Shown piece after piece: positions 13,079-26,454 of a stretch of 64,000 nt of DNA. Each line of letters starts with the position of its first letter. Within the stretch, counting starts at the first letter, position 1. The notes under the pieces are model-generated. The model made no database searches and was not told where the DNA came from. It saw only the letters and a program-made list of their open reading frames with translations. The DNA is from Mobula hypostoma (taxonomy: Eukaryota). A program made the translations under genes and the position numbers. The DNA lies in NCBI RefSeq assembly GCF_963921235.1, contig NC_086123.1, positions 3,844,001-3,908,000 on the forward strand. The letters are read 5' to 3'.

Positions 13079-14479
13079 CTTCCCACATTTGATATCCCCG
13101 TGTCCTTCCTCTGCCTTTCACTGTATAATCCCCAGCCCTGTTAAAATCTGCTGTGTGGGTCTGATACAAAACTATGATGGTCCTGTGGTGGTATCCTGGC
13201 TGTCCTCTACAATCCATCCTTGAAATTGTCTGGTAGCTTCACTGACTTGTGGAAAGTATCTTGACTGCGCAGAAACATCAAACTGCAGAGAGCAGTGGCC
13301 GCAGCCCAACACATCATGGACTCGTCCCTCCTCACCACCAGTAGTGTCTATAGGAAGGACTGCCTTAAGAAAGCAACATCTATCATCAAAGATTCACACC
13401 ATCCAGAACATGCCATCTTCTCACAGCTACCTCAGGAATGGGGAACAGAAGTCCCAAACCACCAGATTTAGAAGCATTATCTCCCTTCAACCATTTTCTT
13501 CTTGACCCAAACAGTGCAACTCACCACTACCTCAGTATAGTTACACTACGTCCATGTTAATCACTTTACTCCACTATGGACTTTATGTATTTTTCTCTCT
13601 ATTTGTGTTCTTTCTTGTAATACTTGTGTATGATTTACGTTTCATTTATTTGTCTGGGGGACTCCTGTGATGGATTTCACTATCCAGGCTGCTTCTCTGA
13701 TGCTGTGAGCCCATGACACCTGTGCAAGTAAATATTTTATTACATCTGTACATGAAAGTACTTGTGCGTATAACAACAAATTTACTAAAGATATCGTTTG
13801 TGTTGAGATCCATTAGACATCTCCCACTCTGCCCTGTGTGTTTCTGTTCCCCCGAATCTGTCAGGCTGATTTGGTCATCAACAGTGCAGAGTTGGGAGGG
13901 GAAGGTGAACATTCCCCATAACGTGGCGGCTTGGAGCCTGAGCGTGAGCTGGCGAACTAGGAATCATGGGGCCGCACTGAGTCCAACGGCTACTGCTCAG
14001 ACTTCAGCCAGCCACTCCCACCCGCATCTTCTTTCTCTCCTGAGTTATCCTCTTGCTCCTGGTGATCCCCTTATGATCCTCTCGGCCATTCTCACTGCCC
14101 TTTGTTGGGACATCCGATCCAGTGCTCGGCTGCTGCCATATCAGTTGGAGCTGCAGCTTGTCAGGACACTCTCAATGGTGCTCCTGTAAAATTCAGTTAA
14201 AGTGGGGGGTAGGAGGCTCTCCTGCCTCAGTCTCCTCAGGAAGTGGAGGCACTGCTGTGCCTCCTTATTCAGAGAGTGACGTTGAGGGACTAGGTGAGGT
14301 CATCCGTGATGTCAACTCCCAGGAACTTGGCGCACTTGACTCTTTCTACAGAGGAGCCATATATGCACAGAAGGGGATGGTTCCTAAAGTCCACAATCAT
14401 TTCTTTGGTCTTCTCCACGTTCAAAGTTGGGTTCTTCTTCTCGCACTTATTATGGGTTATCCTATCGGTTATAATATAA

Positions 14480-15190
14480 TTTGTAGAACTCTGACTCTAA
14501 AACTGAATTAGGCTTGTATTTACAGTAAGATATGGTGTATTTATGAGTTAGTATTTTAAAGCAAAATTTTGGTGAACTATGGTGAATAGCGGAGCAAGCT
14601 CGACAGGCCAGATGGCCTACTCCTGCTCCTATTTCTTATGCTCTTATGCTCTTCTAGGGTGATAATTTCTTCACTTTCTGGGTTGTGCTTTCATCTGAGT
14701 TGTGTACTGTAATTCTTATTAAAGTTTCATATGCATGCTTGGAGTGCTGAATCCTGTTTTTGTTGATGAGAATATGTCCTTAGAAATTTTACCTGACTGT
14801 TGTGAACACTTTTTATGTCTGTTATTCCTCTTTCTCCTCCTGTCTTGGGTAGTGTTAACCTAAGTATGTTCGAGTGTACATAGTGCTTTATAAAATTTGT
14901 CATTTCAGTTCTACTTCTCTTTGTAAATTTTCCAGATTGGTTTCAGACCAAGACATTATGCAAAAAGAATACATTAATGTGGTTACAGTGGAAGTGTCTA
15001 TTGCCTTTGTTATATTTTTACTACTGAGCTCTGTTTGCAGATTTTCTTAAGCCTGGAAGTGATTTCTGTCAAAGATTATCCCTTTATCACACTACTTTCT
15101 ATGTTTGTTGATATCCCAAATACTGCTATGCTTCATATTCATCCACTGGTTGTATTGCAGGCTGCTGCTCTCTTTTAAATTCTGCTTGCT
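14480..15190 (-). mobile_element. Degenerate R4/Dong-like non-LTR retrotransposon fragment
   Basis: Minus-strand remnants YLGYQQ, RLKKICK.ELSSK, TKAI and LRLTLPKTGG resemble the post-RT region of R4-clade elements. Confidence 0.5.
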
Positions 15191-15609
15191 CTTTTCTTTA
15201 TGTTTAATGTTCTGCACTTATCTCATCCAAAGTTCATGTTTATAACTTTGAAAAATAATTCTACTATTTGAATTAATTGCTTTAGCTTTACTAATGAAGA
15301 GGCATATAATTTCAAATTGCCCATGTATAAGAGATGTGACAAGGTATAAGTCGTTTGGTTGTTTCTGATTTGATACTGTTGTGTATGTAATATTTAAGTA
15401 ATACTGTATATGTATTTGGTTAATTAAGCATTCTTGTTTGTTTGTAAAATTCATTATGGGTTATATGTATAAATACGTGAATTGCATGCGTCATTATGCC
15501 ACCAGATGATATGAGTACACCTCGCTTAAAGTAAAACATGAAGTTAAACCCACATTCCTGGACTTGCATGTCTTTCTTTGAATTAGTTTAATGTTTTGAA
15601 GTTACAAAA

Positions 15610-16160
15610 GACCATAAGACCATCAGATATAGGAACAGAATTAGGCCATTTAGCCCATCAGGTATGCTCTGCCATTTCATCATGGCTGATCCAATTTTCC
15701 TCTCTGCCCCAATCTCCTGCCTTCTCCCCAATCAAGAACCTAATTCCACAGATTCACCGCTCTCTGGCTAAAGAAATTCCTTCTCATCTCCGTTCTATTT
15801 TGAGGCTATCTTCTCTGGTCTTAGACATTCACACCATAGGAAACATCCTTTCTACATCCACTCTATCAAGGCCTTTCACCATTCAAAGAATTTCAATGAG
15901 GTCACCCCTCATTCTTCTAAGTTCCAGTGAATACAGGCCCAGAGCCATCAAACACTCTTCATATGACAAGCCATTCAATCCTGGAATCATTTTCGTGAAC
16001 TTCCTTTGAACCCTCTCCAGTGTCAGCACATCCTTTCCAAGATAAGGGGCCAAAACTGCTCACAATACTCCAAGTGAGGCCTCACCAGTGCTTTATAAAG
16101 TCTCAACATTACATCCTTGCATTCATATTTTAGTCCTCCTAAGTAAATGCTAACATCACA
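15610..16160 (-). mobile_element. CR1 3' fragment
   Basis: Reverse complement of the CR1 ORF2 end, with an ACCATAAG-type tail. Confidence 0.8.
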
Positions 16161-16164
16161 TTGC

Positions 16165-16440
16165 CTTCCTCACCATAGACTGTTTCTTTATTGATGCTCT
16201 GATGGACACTTGAGCGCTTGGCGGCGGGTACCGATGCTTTATTTGCTGGTGGGGGGGGGGTCGTTGCTTTGCTGCTGCTTACGCGTGGGAGGGGGGAGCT
16301 GGGGGGGCTTTGGGGTTCTAACATTTGACTGTCGTTCATTCTTTGGGGCACTCCTCTGTTTTCGTGGATGGTTGTGAAGAAAAAGCATTTCAGGATGTAT
16401 ATTGTATACATTTCTCTGACATTAAATGTATGTTTGAACC
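16165..16440 (+). mobile_element. Short interspersed repeat (LINE 3'-tail or SINE-like); second copy at 23797-24170 (-)
   Basis: Both copies share AAGCATTTCAGGATGTATATTGTATACATTTCTCTGACATTAAAT. Confidence 0.7.
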
Positions 16441-16569
16441 TTTACAGAAGCAATTCCCGTACCTTCTCTGCAATGAAGACAACTGAAAGCAAAGTAAGAA
16501 AGGTACTGGGTGATGACACAACTGTCACTATGCTGCACAACATGAACCCTTGTCAAACAGAGGGCAAAC

Positions 16570-17190
16570 AGGCCTTCGTGCCAACCTCTGTCCCTCTGGG
16601 TGGAAAACGTATTGGACCAAGGAAGCACCAGGTTGCTCAGAGGAATCGTGATAGTGGCAAAAGCAGTGATCCGATTGCAACAGTTTCTGTAGGCAACCTA
16701 TGTGAGAAAGCTTCTGCTATGTCCATCAGGCAGTTACTTGTGAAATGAGGCTTGGTTTTAGGCTGGAAAGGAGATCAGGGAAATTCAGGAAAAGGTGCAA
16801 GCATCGGCTTTTGTGAGTATAAAGAAGCAGAATCTACTCTGCATGCAGTAAGGTCATTGCATGAATCTCAAGTGGGAGACAAAAAGCTGCTTGTAAAAGT
16901 AAAGCCCAGCTGGATGAATGGAAGGCCAAAAAGAAAGGAGTCAATGGAGATACGAAAACAAGGTTTGTCAGATGATGCTGGGGATGCGGAAATCAAGCGG
17001 AGAGATCAGATCATAAAGGGGGCAATAGAAGAGAGTGGTGATCGAAATGGACCTTCCCAAGATCAAGCTGCACAAGCTAGAAGAAGGAAAGGGAAGTAGC
17101 AGAAAGGTGTCCAGAGCTGTCAGAAGCACTTCCTGCAGTTCCAGAATTAACTCCTACAACCACCATGGAGGAGGCCCCTAATGAGATTGT
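16570..17190 (+). pseudogene. RBM25: RBM25 processed pseudogene fragment (RRM region)
   Basis: ATVSVGNLCEKASAMSIRQLLVK*GLVLGWK...GFCEYKEAESTL...GDKKLLVKV and KRRDQIIKGAIE match the RBM25 RRM and the following helix; no introns; contains a stop and frameshifts. Confidence 0.85.
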
Positions 17191-18399
17191 TTTACAGCCG
17201 CAAGCCTTACCTGCCAAGCAGAGTGATTCCCTCTTCTCAGGAAAGACATTCTCCTACAAGTGTAAGAAATTCTTCACAGCGATTAAATCTTTAGGCCTGA
17301 ATGGGACTTTTTAAGATTTACTATGCTGTGGAGGTTCCTAAGGTTGTCATAGCCCAGGGTGGTAGTGGGGATAAACTCCTACTGCCTATAAAGTGCTAGT
17401 GGTGTGCGTCTCCAGCAGCCTCTGACAACTAAGTCCAGCTCTCGGCCTTCATGTGCGGCTGAGCTACTAGACCCGGCGGAACTGTTTCTACTGACAAGAG
17501 GAGGAGCAAAGGCGGACCACTGGCACTTCAAAACCAGTTGCTTCGGGCAGGTGGGGCTTGTCAGCCTAGGGAAAGGAAAACTCTGATCTTAAACCTCTGC
17601 TGCCTTGCAGCCATGCCCACCCATGGGAAAGGCTTCGGGAGTAAACCCCAAGGAAGAAATCCAGAGCCGGGGTCCCTAAGGCAGTTTGATGTTTACAACT
17701 TCACTCTGGCAGCCTCTGCGACGACACTGGTGCCAAGCTGTATCGGCGCTTGCCCTTCCCTTGGACTACATCGGAGACGTGGAGAGTGGAACCCGCTGCA
17801 TGGGCAACAGCCGGTTCCTCAGATCTTCCTGCCCAGGCTTGCGCCCTGGAGAGGACACAGTCCACCAGAGGCACAAACCCACGATCCCCTGGGACAACGG
17901 CTGCCTACTATGCTCTGGATGTCTGTATAGTAGTTGGATTATATAGTAAACTGCGCATATTTGAACCTTCTCTCTATTTATAGTAACTTCACACACTACA
18001 TGACCCCGACACCTGGAACTTCCACCAAACTGCTAGTGTCTTCCATAGTGAAGACTGATGCAAAATACTTACTCAGTTCATCGGCTATTTCATTATCCCC
18101 CATTACTACCTCTCCAGCATCATTTTCCAGCGGTCCAATATCCTCTCTCGCCTCTCTTTTACACTTTCTGTGTCTAAAGAAACTTTTCCAATCCTCTTTA
18201 ATATTATTGGCTAGCTTACTTTCATATTCTATTTTTACCTTCTTAATTACTTTTTAGTTGCCTTCTGTTTGTTTTTAAAAGCCTCCTAATCCTCTAACTT
18301 CCCACTATTTTTTGCTCTATTATTTACCCTCTCTTTGGGTTTTATGTTGGCTCTGACTTCTCCTGTTAGCCATGGTTGTATCATCTTTCCTTTAGTGTA

Positions 18400-19947
18400 C
18401 AGGTGTCCCCCGCTTTTCAAACGTTCGCTTTACCAAATCTCGCTGTTACGAAAGACCTACATTAGTTCCCTGTTTTCGCTTTCAGAAGGTGTTTTCACTG
18501 TTACAAAAAAAGCAGCGCGCACCCCGAGCAGCCATTCCTCCCCCGGATTCGGAACGGCCTTGCTTAAACACGTGCCTGTGAGCAGCCGTTTGCAAGATGA
18601 GTTCTAAGGTATTGGAAAAGCCTGAAAGAGCTCGTAAGGGTGTTACACTTAGCGTAAAACTAGACATAATTAAGCGTTTTGATCGTGGTGAATGAAGTAA
18701 AGACAACATGAGTTTGGCTTGTGGAAGCTGACGAAGATGATGTTGAAGAGGTTTTGGCATCCCATGACCAAGATCTGATAGATGAAGAGCTGATGCAATT
18801 GGAAGAGGAAAGGATAACATTTAAAACCGAATGCAGTAACGAAATGAACGTGAAGCAACTGCGTGAGATTTTCGCTGCAATGATAAAGTACGACTTTAAT
18901 TTTGAAAGGGTAAGTAGGTTTAGGGGATATTTGTAGGATGGTTTGAGTGCTTACAAAAAACTGTATGATCTAAAAATACGCGAGGCTCAGCAGTCAAGCA
19001 AGCCTTCCACATCAGCCACAGCAGATGATGGACCTCGACCTTTGACATCGAGGCGGGCAGTCATAGGAGAAGATGAGCTGCCTGCTCTAATGGAAACAGA
19101 CGACGAAATGACACCCCAGTGTCCCACCACCCCTCACCCAGGCTGTGGACAGATACCAATTTGCAGAGAATGCAGCGGTAGCTGGGAGACACACAGCACA
19201 TCTTTAAGAAAAAAGCCGAAATAAACATGCTAACTAATTAGGTGCCGCCCGACATGTAATTGTCAGCCCAGATCAGAGGCGATGCAATCGGCACTGATCT
19301 GGGCCGACAATTACGTGCCGGGCAGCACCTAATTAATTAGCATGTTTATTTTGGCTTTTTTCTTAAAGATGTGCTGTGTGCCTCCCGGCTACCGCTGCAT
19401 GTTTCGCGGATTGGTATCGGTTCGCTGCCCGGAGGGTGGGGTCCACTGCACCACCCAGACTCCGACAACTCAGCCTAACACACCATCATCAGTGTGCTCT
19501 GTGCTGTCCTGATTCCGGTAAGTGATACTACACTATACATACATTATTTCTACTTAATATAGGCTGTGTATTTTTACATGTTATTAGGTATGATTTGGCA
19601 GCTTCATAGCTTGAAGGTTACTGGAGAACGCTTGCGCCGTGTTTTTGCCGATGGCGCTTGCGTGAGGTTTTTGCTACAGAGAACAGTTCAGGCAATGATT
19701 GTGGAAAAGTATTTCTACTTTATATAAGCTGTGTATTTATCATATCATTCCTGCTTTTACTATATGTTACTGTTATTTTAGGTTTTATGTGTTATTTGAT
19801 ATGATTTGGTAGGTTATTTTTGGGTCTGCGAACGCTCACAAAATTTTCCCATATAAATAAATGGTAATTGCTTCTTTGCTTTACGATATTCCGGCTTATG
19901 AACCATTTTATAGGAATGCTGTACCTTCGGATGGCGGGGGAAACCTG
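18400..19947 (+). mobile_element. Tigger/pogo-type non-autonomous DNA transposon with both ends
   Basis: TA|CAGGTGTCCCCCGC ... GCGGGGGAAACCTG|TA, TA target duplication; KGVTLSVKLDIIKRFDRG HTH remnant. Confidence 0.9.
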
Positions 19948-21126
19948 TACTTCTTCCTCTTTGGGATGTATATATCCTGTGTCTTCCAAATTGCTTCCAG
20001 AAATTCCAGCCATTGCTGCTCTGCTGTCATCCCTGCCAGTGTTCTTTTCCAATCAATTCCAGCTAACTCATCTCTCATGCCTCTGTAATTCCTTTTAGAA
20101 ACATAGAAACATAGAAAACCTACAGCACAATACAGGCCCTTCGGCCCACAATGCTGTGCGGAACATGTACTTTAGAAACTACCTCAGGTTACCCATAGCC
20201 CTCTACTTTTCTAAGCTCCATGTACCTATCCAGGAGTCTCTTATTGTATCCGGCTCCACCACTATCGCCGGCAGCCCATTCCACACACTCGCCACTCTCT
20301 GCGTAAAAAACTTATCTCTGACATCTCCTCTGTACCTACTTCCAAGCACCTTAAAACTGCCCTCTCATGCTAGCTGCTCTAAAAAGCTATCTCGTAGGCA
20401 CTCTAGAAATCACCCCCTCCACCTCCTGTAATCCAGCACCAATCTGATTTTCCCAATCTACCTGTATATTAAAGTTCCCCATGACTATTGTAACATTTCC
20501 CTTTTGACATGCATTTTCTATATCCTGTTGTAATTTGTAGGTCACATCCTTACTGTTTTTTGGGTGTCTATATGCAACTCTCATCTGGGTCTTTTTACCC
20601 TTGCTGTTCCTTACTTCTATCCACAATGATTCAACACCTTCCAACCCTATGTCACCTCTTTCATTTTTTACCAGCAGAGCAACACCGCCCCCTCTGCCTT
20701 CCTGCCTGTCCTTTCATTGCAATGTGTATCATTGGACATTAAGCTTGCAATTACAATCCTTCGGCCATGATTTAGTGATACCCACAACATCATACCTGCC
20801 AATTTGCAACAGTGCTGCAAGCTCATCTATTTATCCCGTAAACTGCCGCGTTCAGTCCTGTATTCACCCTTGCAATTTTGCCGTAAGTTTGATTCCGAGC
20901 TTTGCCTCAGGTCTTATCAACATCTGGCTCCACAACCTTTCTACTAACTGTCCCGGCACCCAGGTTCCCATCCCCCTGCAACTCTAATTTAAACCCCACC
21001 ATGTAGCATTAACAAACATTCCCACTGGGATATTAGTTCTCCTCCAGTTCAGGTGCAAACCGTCCCTACTGTACAGACCCCACCTTCCCTAAAAGAGATC
21101 CCAGTGATCCAAACACCTTATGCCCT

Positions 21127-21902
21127 TACCACCATTCAGGGCCCCAAACAGTCCTTCCAGGTGAGGCAACACTTCACCTGTGAGTCGACTGGGGTGATAT
21201 ACTGCGTCCGGTGCTCCCGATGTGGCCTTTTATATATTGGCGAGACCCGACGCAGACTGGGAGACCGCTTTGCTGAACATCTACGCTCTGTCCGCCAAAG
21301 AAAGCAGGATCTCCCAGTGGCCACACATTTTAATTCCACATCCCATTCCCATTCTGACATGTCTATCCATGGCCTCCTCTACTGTAAAGATGAAGCCACA
21401 CTCAGGTTGGAGGAACAACACCTTATATTCTGTCTGGGTAGCCTCCAACCTGATGGCATGAACATCGACTTCTCTAACTTCCGCTAAGGCCCCACCTCCC
21501 CCTCGTACCCCATCTGTTACTCATTTTTATGCACACATTCTTTCTCTCACTCTCCTTTTTCTCCCTCTGTCCCTCTGAATATACCTCTGGGTCCCCCCCA
21601 CTTGTCTTTCTTCCTGGACCTCCTGTCCCATGATCCTCTCGTATCCCCTTTTGCCTATCACCTGTCCAGCTCTTGGCTCTATCCCTCCCCCTCCTGTCTT
21701 CTCCTATCATTTTGCATCTCCCCCTCCCCCTCCAACTTTCAAATCCCTTACTCACTCTTCCTTCAGTTATTCCTGACGAAGGGTCTCGGCCTGAAACGTC
21801 GACTGTACCTCTTCCTACAGATGCTGCCTGGCCTGCTGCGTTCACCAGCAACTTTGATGTGTGTTGCTTGAATTTCCAGCATCTGCAGAATTCCTGTTGT
21901 TT
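21127..21902 (+). mobile_element. Penelope-like element, 5'-truncated, with GIY-YIG endonuclease
   Basis: FTCESTGVIYCVRCSRCGLLYIGETRRRLGDRFAEH; 12-bp duplication ACCTTATGCCCT at 21115-21126 and 21903-21914. Confidence 0.9.
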
Positions 21903-22105
21903 ACCTTATGCCCTCCCTCCTACACCAACTCCTTAGCCACGTATTAAACTGTATAATCTGGCCTCACTAGCACGTGGCATGGTTAGCAATCCTGAGATCA
22001 CAATCCTAGAGGTCCTACCCTTTAGCACCTAACTCCCTGAATTCCCAATGCAGAACCTCATCACTCGTCCTACCCATGTCATTGGTACCTACATGGACCA
22101 TGACT

Positions 22106-23150
22106 TAAGACCATAAGAGCATAAGACAAAGGAGCAGAAGTCGGCCATTCGGCCCATCAAGTCTGCTCCGCCATTTTATCATGAGCTGATCCATTCTCCC
22201 ATTTAGTCCCACTCCCCCACCTTCTCACTATAACTTTTGATGCCCTGGCTACTCAGATACCTATCAATCTCTGCCTTAAATACACCTAATGACTTGGCCT
22301 GCACTGCTGCCCGTGGCAACAAATTCCATAGATTCACCACCCTCTGACTAAAAAAGTTTCTTCACATTTCTGTTCTGAAAGGGCGCCCTTAAGTCATGCC
22401 CTCTCGTACTAGACTCCCCCATCATGGGAAACAACTTTGCCACATCCGCTCTGTCTATGCCTTTCAACATTCGAAATGTTTCTATGAGGTCCCCCCTCAT
22501 TCTTCTAAACTCCAAGGAATACAGTCCAAGAGCGCACAAACGTTCCTCATATGTTAACCCTTTCATTCCCAGAATCATTCTAGTGAACCTTCTCTGTACC
22601 CTCTCCAACGTCAGCACATCCTTTCTTAAATAAGGAGACCAAAACTGCCCACAGTACTCCAAGTGAGGTCTCACCAGCGCCTTATAGAGCCCCAACATCA
22701 CATCCCTGCTCCTATACTCTATTCCTCTAGAAATGAATGCCAACATTGCATTCACCTTCTTCACTACTGACTCAACCTGGAGATTAACCTTAAGGGTATC
22801 CTGTACAAGGACTCTCAAGTCCCGTTGCATCTCAGAACTTTGAATTCTTTCCCCATTTAAATAATAGTCTGCCCATTTATTTCTTCTGCCAAAGTGCATA
22901 ACCATACACTTTCCAACATTGTATTTCATTTGCCACTTCTCTGCCCATTCTTCCAATCTATCCAAGTCTCTCTGCAGACTCTCCGTTTCCTCAGCACTAC
23001 CGGCCCCTCCACCTATCTTCGTATCGTCAGCAAACTTTAGCCACAAAGCCATCTATTCCATAATCCAAATCGTTGATGTACAATGTAAAAAGAAGCGGCC
23101 CCAACACGGACCCCTGTGGAACATCACTGGTAACCGGCAGCCAACCAGAA
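22106..23150 (-). mobile_element. CR1 3' part, relatively young
   Basis: ORF 22348..23052: [10 protein letters not shown]...[15 protein letters not shown]. Confidence 0.9.
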
Positions 23151-23329
23151 CAGGATCTGTCTGTTCTGGCTGTTCACCCTCCTACTTAAAGATGCAGAAG
23201 ACTCAGTCCGTGATGTCCCAGACCCTAGCACCCGGGAGGCAACATACCATTCGGGAATCTTGTTCTCTCCCACAGAACAAGATTCCACGAACTGAAGAAT
23301 TCCCTAACAGCGCAGCGTGACGGGTATGT

Positions 23330-24870
23330 CACTAACACTTTACCCCTTTTGCAGAACTGAATCGGCTCTTTATCAGCCGGTTTGGTTATGCCATCAGGAA
23401 GAAAAGGAATAGATTGTCCAAAAAGGGAGTACTTTCTTTCAAGAGGCGATTGTTCAATTTGACAACAAGAAGGACAGGTAACCATCCAGATAAGGCGTGG
23501 GCAGCAGTAAGTAAGCAGGTTTGTTGTTTTAATAGACCATTCGTTCGCTCAATTAGACCACTAGCCTGAGGATAATAGGGTCAGTGGAAGACTCACCTTA
23601 CACCATTAGAGACAGCACACTTTTGTACCTTGGCGAACCATTATTGGATTGAATTTCAAGGGGATTGTATGCAGAAGCAAGATGTTCTAGTTCCCGAAGG
23701 GTACTATCCTGATGAGCTTTAACAGATGGAATTGCCATCAAAACCCCAGAAAAAGTGGCTACCATAGTGAGAAGGTACGGGAATCGCTTCTGTAAAGGAT
23801 CAAAGGTGCAATTTAATGTCAGAGAAATGTATACAATATACATCCTGAAATGCTTTTTCTTCACAAACATCCCCAAAAACAGAGAAGTGCCTCAAAGAAT
23901 GAACGACAGTTAAATTTGAGAACCCCAAACCCCCCCCAGCTCCCCCCGCCCACACGTAAGCGACAGCAAGCAACAATCCCCCCCACCAGCAAAAAAAAGC
24001 AAGTATCATCTCTGCCACCAAGCACTCAAGTGCAAGCAAATTAATAGCAAAGACACAGACTTGAAGGTACCCCAAAGACTCTGCTTTTCATCTAGCATTC
24101 GACATTCCACAGGCTCTCTCTCTCCCTAAAAAGGGAGAGGGAGGCATCTCCCTTTTCCGGAAGGGAACCGACATAATTTATTTGCCAAATCTGAGCATGG
24201 CAAATGGCAGCCAAGAGTCACTTTAAAAGCCCGAAGATAATTTCTAAACATAGCCCGCAATTTCCGCTTGCTGTGCAAGGTTTATCAGTGGGAAGGGATA
24301 ATCCCCACTGCCTCGACCGCTCCACGGCACCCAGAACACCACCGAAATGAACAGAAGACTCATAGGCCCACCGGGCAAGTGCCAGTAACAGGACGAGAAG
24401 TTGAGGGCGAAGTGTCACCATGTCAACACAAGTGAGTTTGTCAGCAATGGCATTAAATCTTGTCATTGGGAAATCATCTTCCAAATGGGCGTCGACATGG
24501 TTAACTGCAATGGTAACATGCCATGACTGGTTCCATATGTCCGTCCATAACCCTGATCCCCATAAGGGACACCCAGTACCAGTATAAGACTGGTATTCGG
24601 GGCAACCAGGCATCAAACCATCACCAACTGCCCAAAAATCAGTATAAATCCGGCTTCTTCAGTTTCAAGCATGATGTCAGTACACACTGTATACTGACTT
24701 GACCCATCAGAGCCTTGCTCCTTCAGAACTTGCCAGGTGAGAGGGTTAAAGGCAACAGCCTTCCATCTACGACAACCATTCTTCCACACCACAGAGCCGT
24801 CGGGGAGCCAGGCGTGCGCTGCTGATCAGCAGACAGAAGATCAAAGGGAACACCCCAAGCAAAAAAAGTC
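23330..24870 (-). mobile_element. ERV-L-like (class III) retroviral pol remnant: RNase H and integrase
   Basis: AWGVPFDLL..HAWLPDGS..RWKAVAFNPL; LWTDIW..HVDAH..FNAIADKL; RWAYESSVHFGG..CGLC; LTMVATFSG..IQSNNGS; YYPQASGLIERTNGLLKQQ. Confidence 0.8.
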
Positions 24871-26335
24871 CCCTTTGTTTTATAAAATCTTTTCCAGAAT
24901 GTAATATAACACAGAGCTGCACTGATCAGGGCACTGGAGGGTATCCAAATCCCGACTTGTGCCTTGTAGATGGCGGCCCAAGTCTTTGGGCTGTAAGAAG
25001 TGAATCACTGACTGCAGTGCGTTTAAATTCTGACTTGTTCTCCTAACTGCTAGTTGGTGGCCTTTATTTAGTTTTGGGTCAGTGGTGATCCCACAATGTT
25101 GATCAAGGGGGAACAAAGTGATGGGAGTGGTGTAGTGGATTTTTTTTGGAAATACTTATTGCCTGATACCTGTGTCAGTGAATGATACTCAGTGACTAAG
25201 AATCTGTGCCTGGAAATTGCTTGGACGGTGTGCAGAGAACAGATCCTGAACTGTGGCCAACAGGTTCCATTACGTGAAATAGGAGAAGGAGTAACCATTT
25301 GGCTCCAAAAGCCTGCCTCACTGTTTCTCAAGATCTAGCTTCTTCTTTGGCCTCAACACTTTTCCCTGTCCCTTTCCCAAATCCCCGGATTCCTCCCTTT
25401 TCCCAAATTCAATGGGTTTCAGGTTGGAATGAATTCAGAGGGAGCATCCACGGCCCCGGGATGCAAACTTGCACAGTTTCAGACCTACAAGGCTATTCTT
25501 TTAACCTAATCCCATGACCCCTGGTTCCAGTCCCCACCAGTGCAGAAAACATCCCTCCATATCTGTCCTGTGATCCCTGCTGTGGCTTTGAATTTCAGTC
25601 TGCAGAAAATGCATTCAAACTAACAAACAAAGGAATAGTCTTCTTCTCTTCACCTCAGGGCATAACAAAGTCTCTACATGGTAGTGAGCAGTCTGTACAC
25701 AGCATGATTCTATTGGAATTATGACCAGATAAATTATCTAAGCTGGAAGTATCACAGTATCATAGGGATCTTCTCAGCTTTTTTGTAACACATAGTTTCC
25801 TCCATCTGAGAGCTCAGTTTAACACCTCAGGAGAGAGTGAACTCCTAGGGTGAGGTCAGCCTTCTCTCGGGACTGCAGTGGAACATCACCCTTGCAAATT
25901 GTGTTAATGTCACTGCAGTGGGTCTGAAACCTCAGAGTCACAGGCAAGAGCCAAGGCTGCTGCTTGGGGCCACATCAGTGGTGAAGGGCTGGGGATTACC
26001 AGGGACTCTTCAAGAACCTTGTCCACAATGCTTCATTGTGGTGTAGATCTTCATTGGATTTGTTATTTTAATGTCAATTTGTGTCTGACATCAGTTTAAA
26101 AGGATCCATTGACTCTAGAAATGATGAGGTCATCACAATAAAATAAAAAAGCCCTAATTACAACTACTGTAATATTTTAAACAATATACAGAGCATTGAC
26201 ATAAAGATTAGAATATTGCACATACTATATAGATAGAAGCTGAAATACTAAAGCATAAAACTATCTTTCATTCCTTCACATTCCAAGGCTAATATGTTTA
26301 AAATAATGCATGATTTCAAATATGTTTCTTTCCAG

Positions 26336-26454
26336 ATACAGATAACTGTTGAAAGAATTTTATCTGTGAATGTGATCGTAAGGCAGCCATCTGCTTCTCA
26401 AAAGCAGAATACAACTCTGAGCATTACTTCATAGATCAGTCCCGCTGTAAATAT
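26336..26454 (+). pseudogene. PLA2 copy C relic: orphan exon 4 with a premature stop
   Basis: TTTCTTTCCAG acceptor, then [41 protein letters not shown] at 26350-26352 replaces Cys91 and the normal TAG stop reads TAT. Flanks at about 25130-27250 are diverged homologues of copy A intron 3 and 3' flank. I found no exons 1-3 upstream. Confidence 0.85.

Larger units (their letters stand above)
18000..22105 (-). mobile_element. Old fragmented CR1 hosting nested Tigger, CR1 and Penelope insertions
   Basis: Endonuclease remnant VESLWIEVRNSKGKKT...YRHP...MGNFN (20387..20644); the host sequence resumes across each insertion. Confidence 0.75.

Noticed and set aside
26350-26352. TGA at a Cys codon read as selenocysteine
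   Set aside because: Exons 1-3 are missing, the normal stop is lost and I recognised no SECIS; a nonsense mutation in a relic is simpler.
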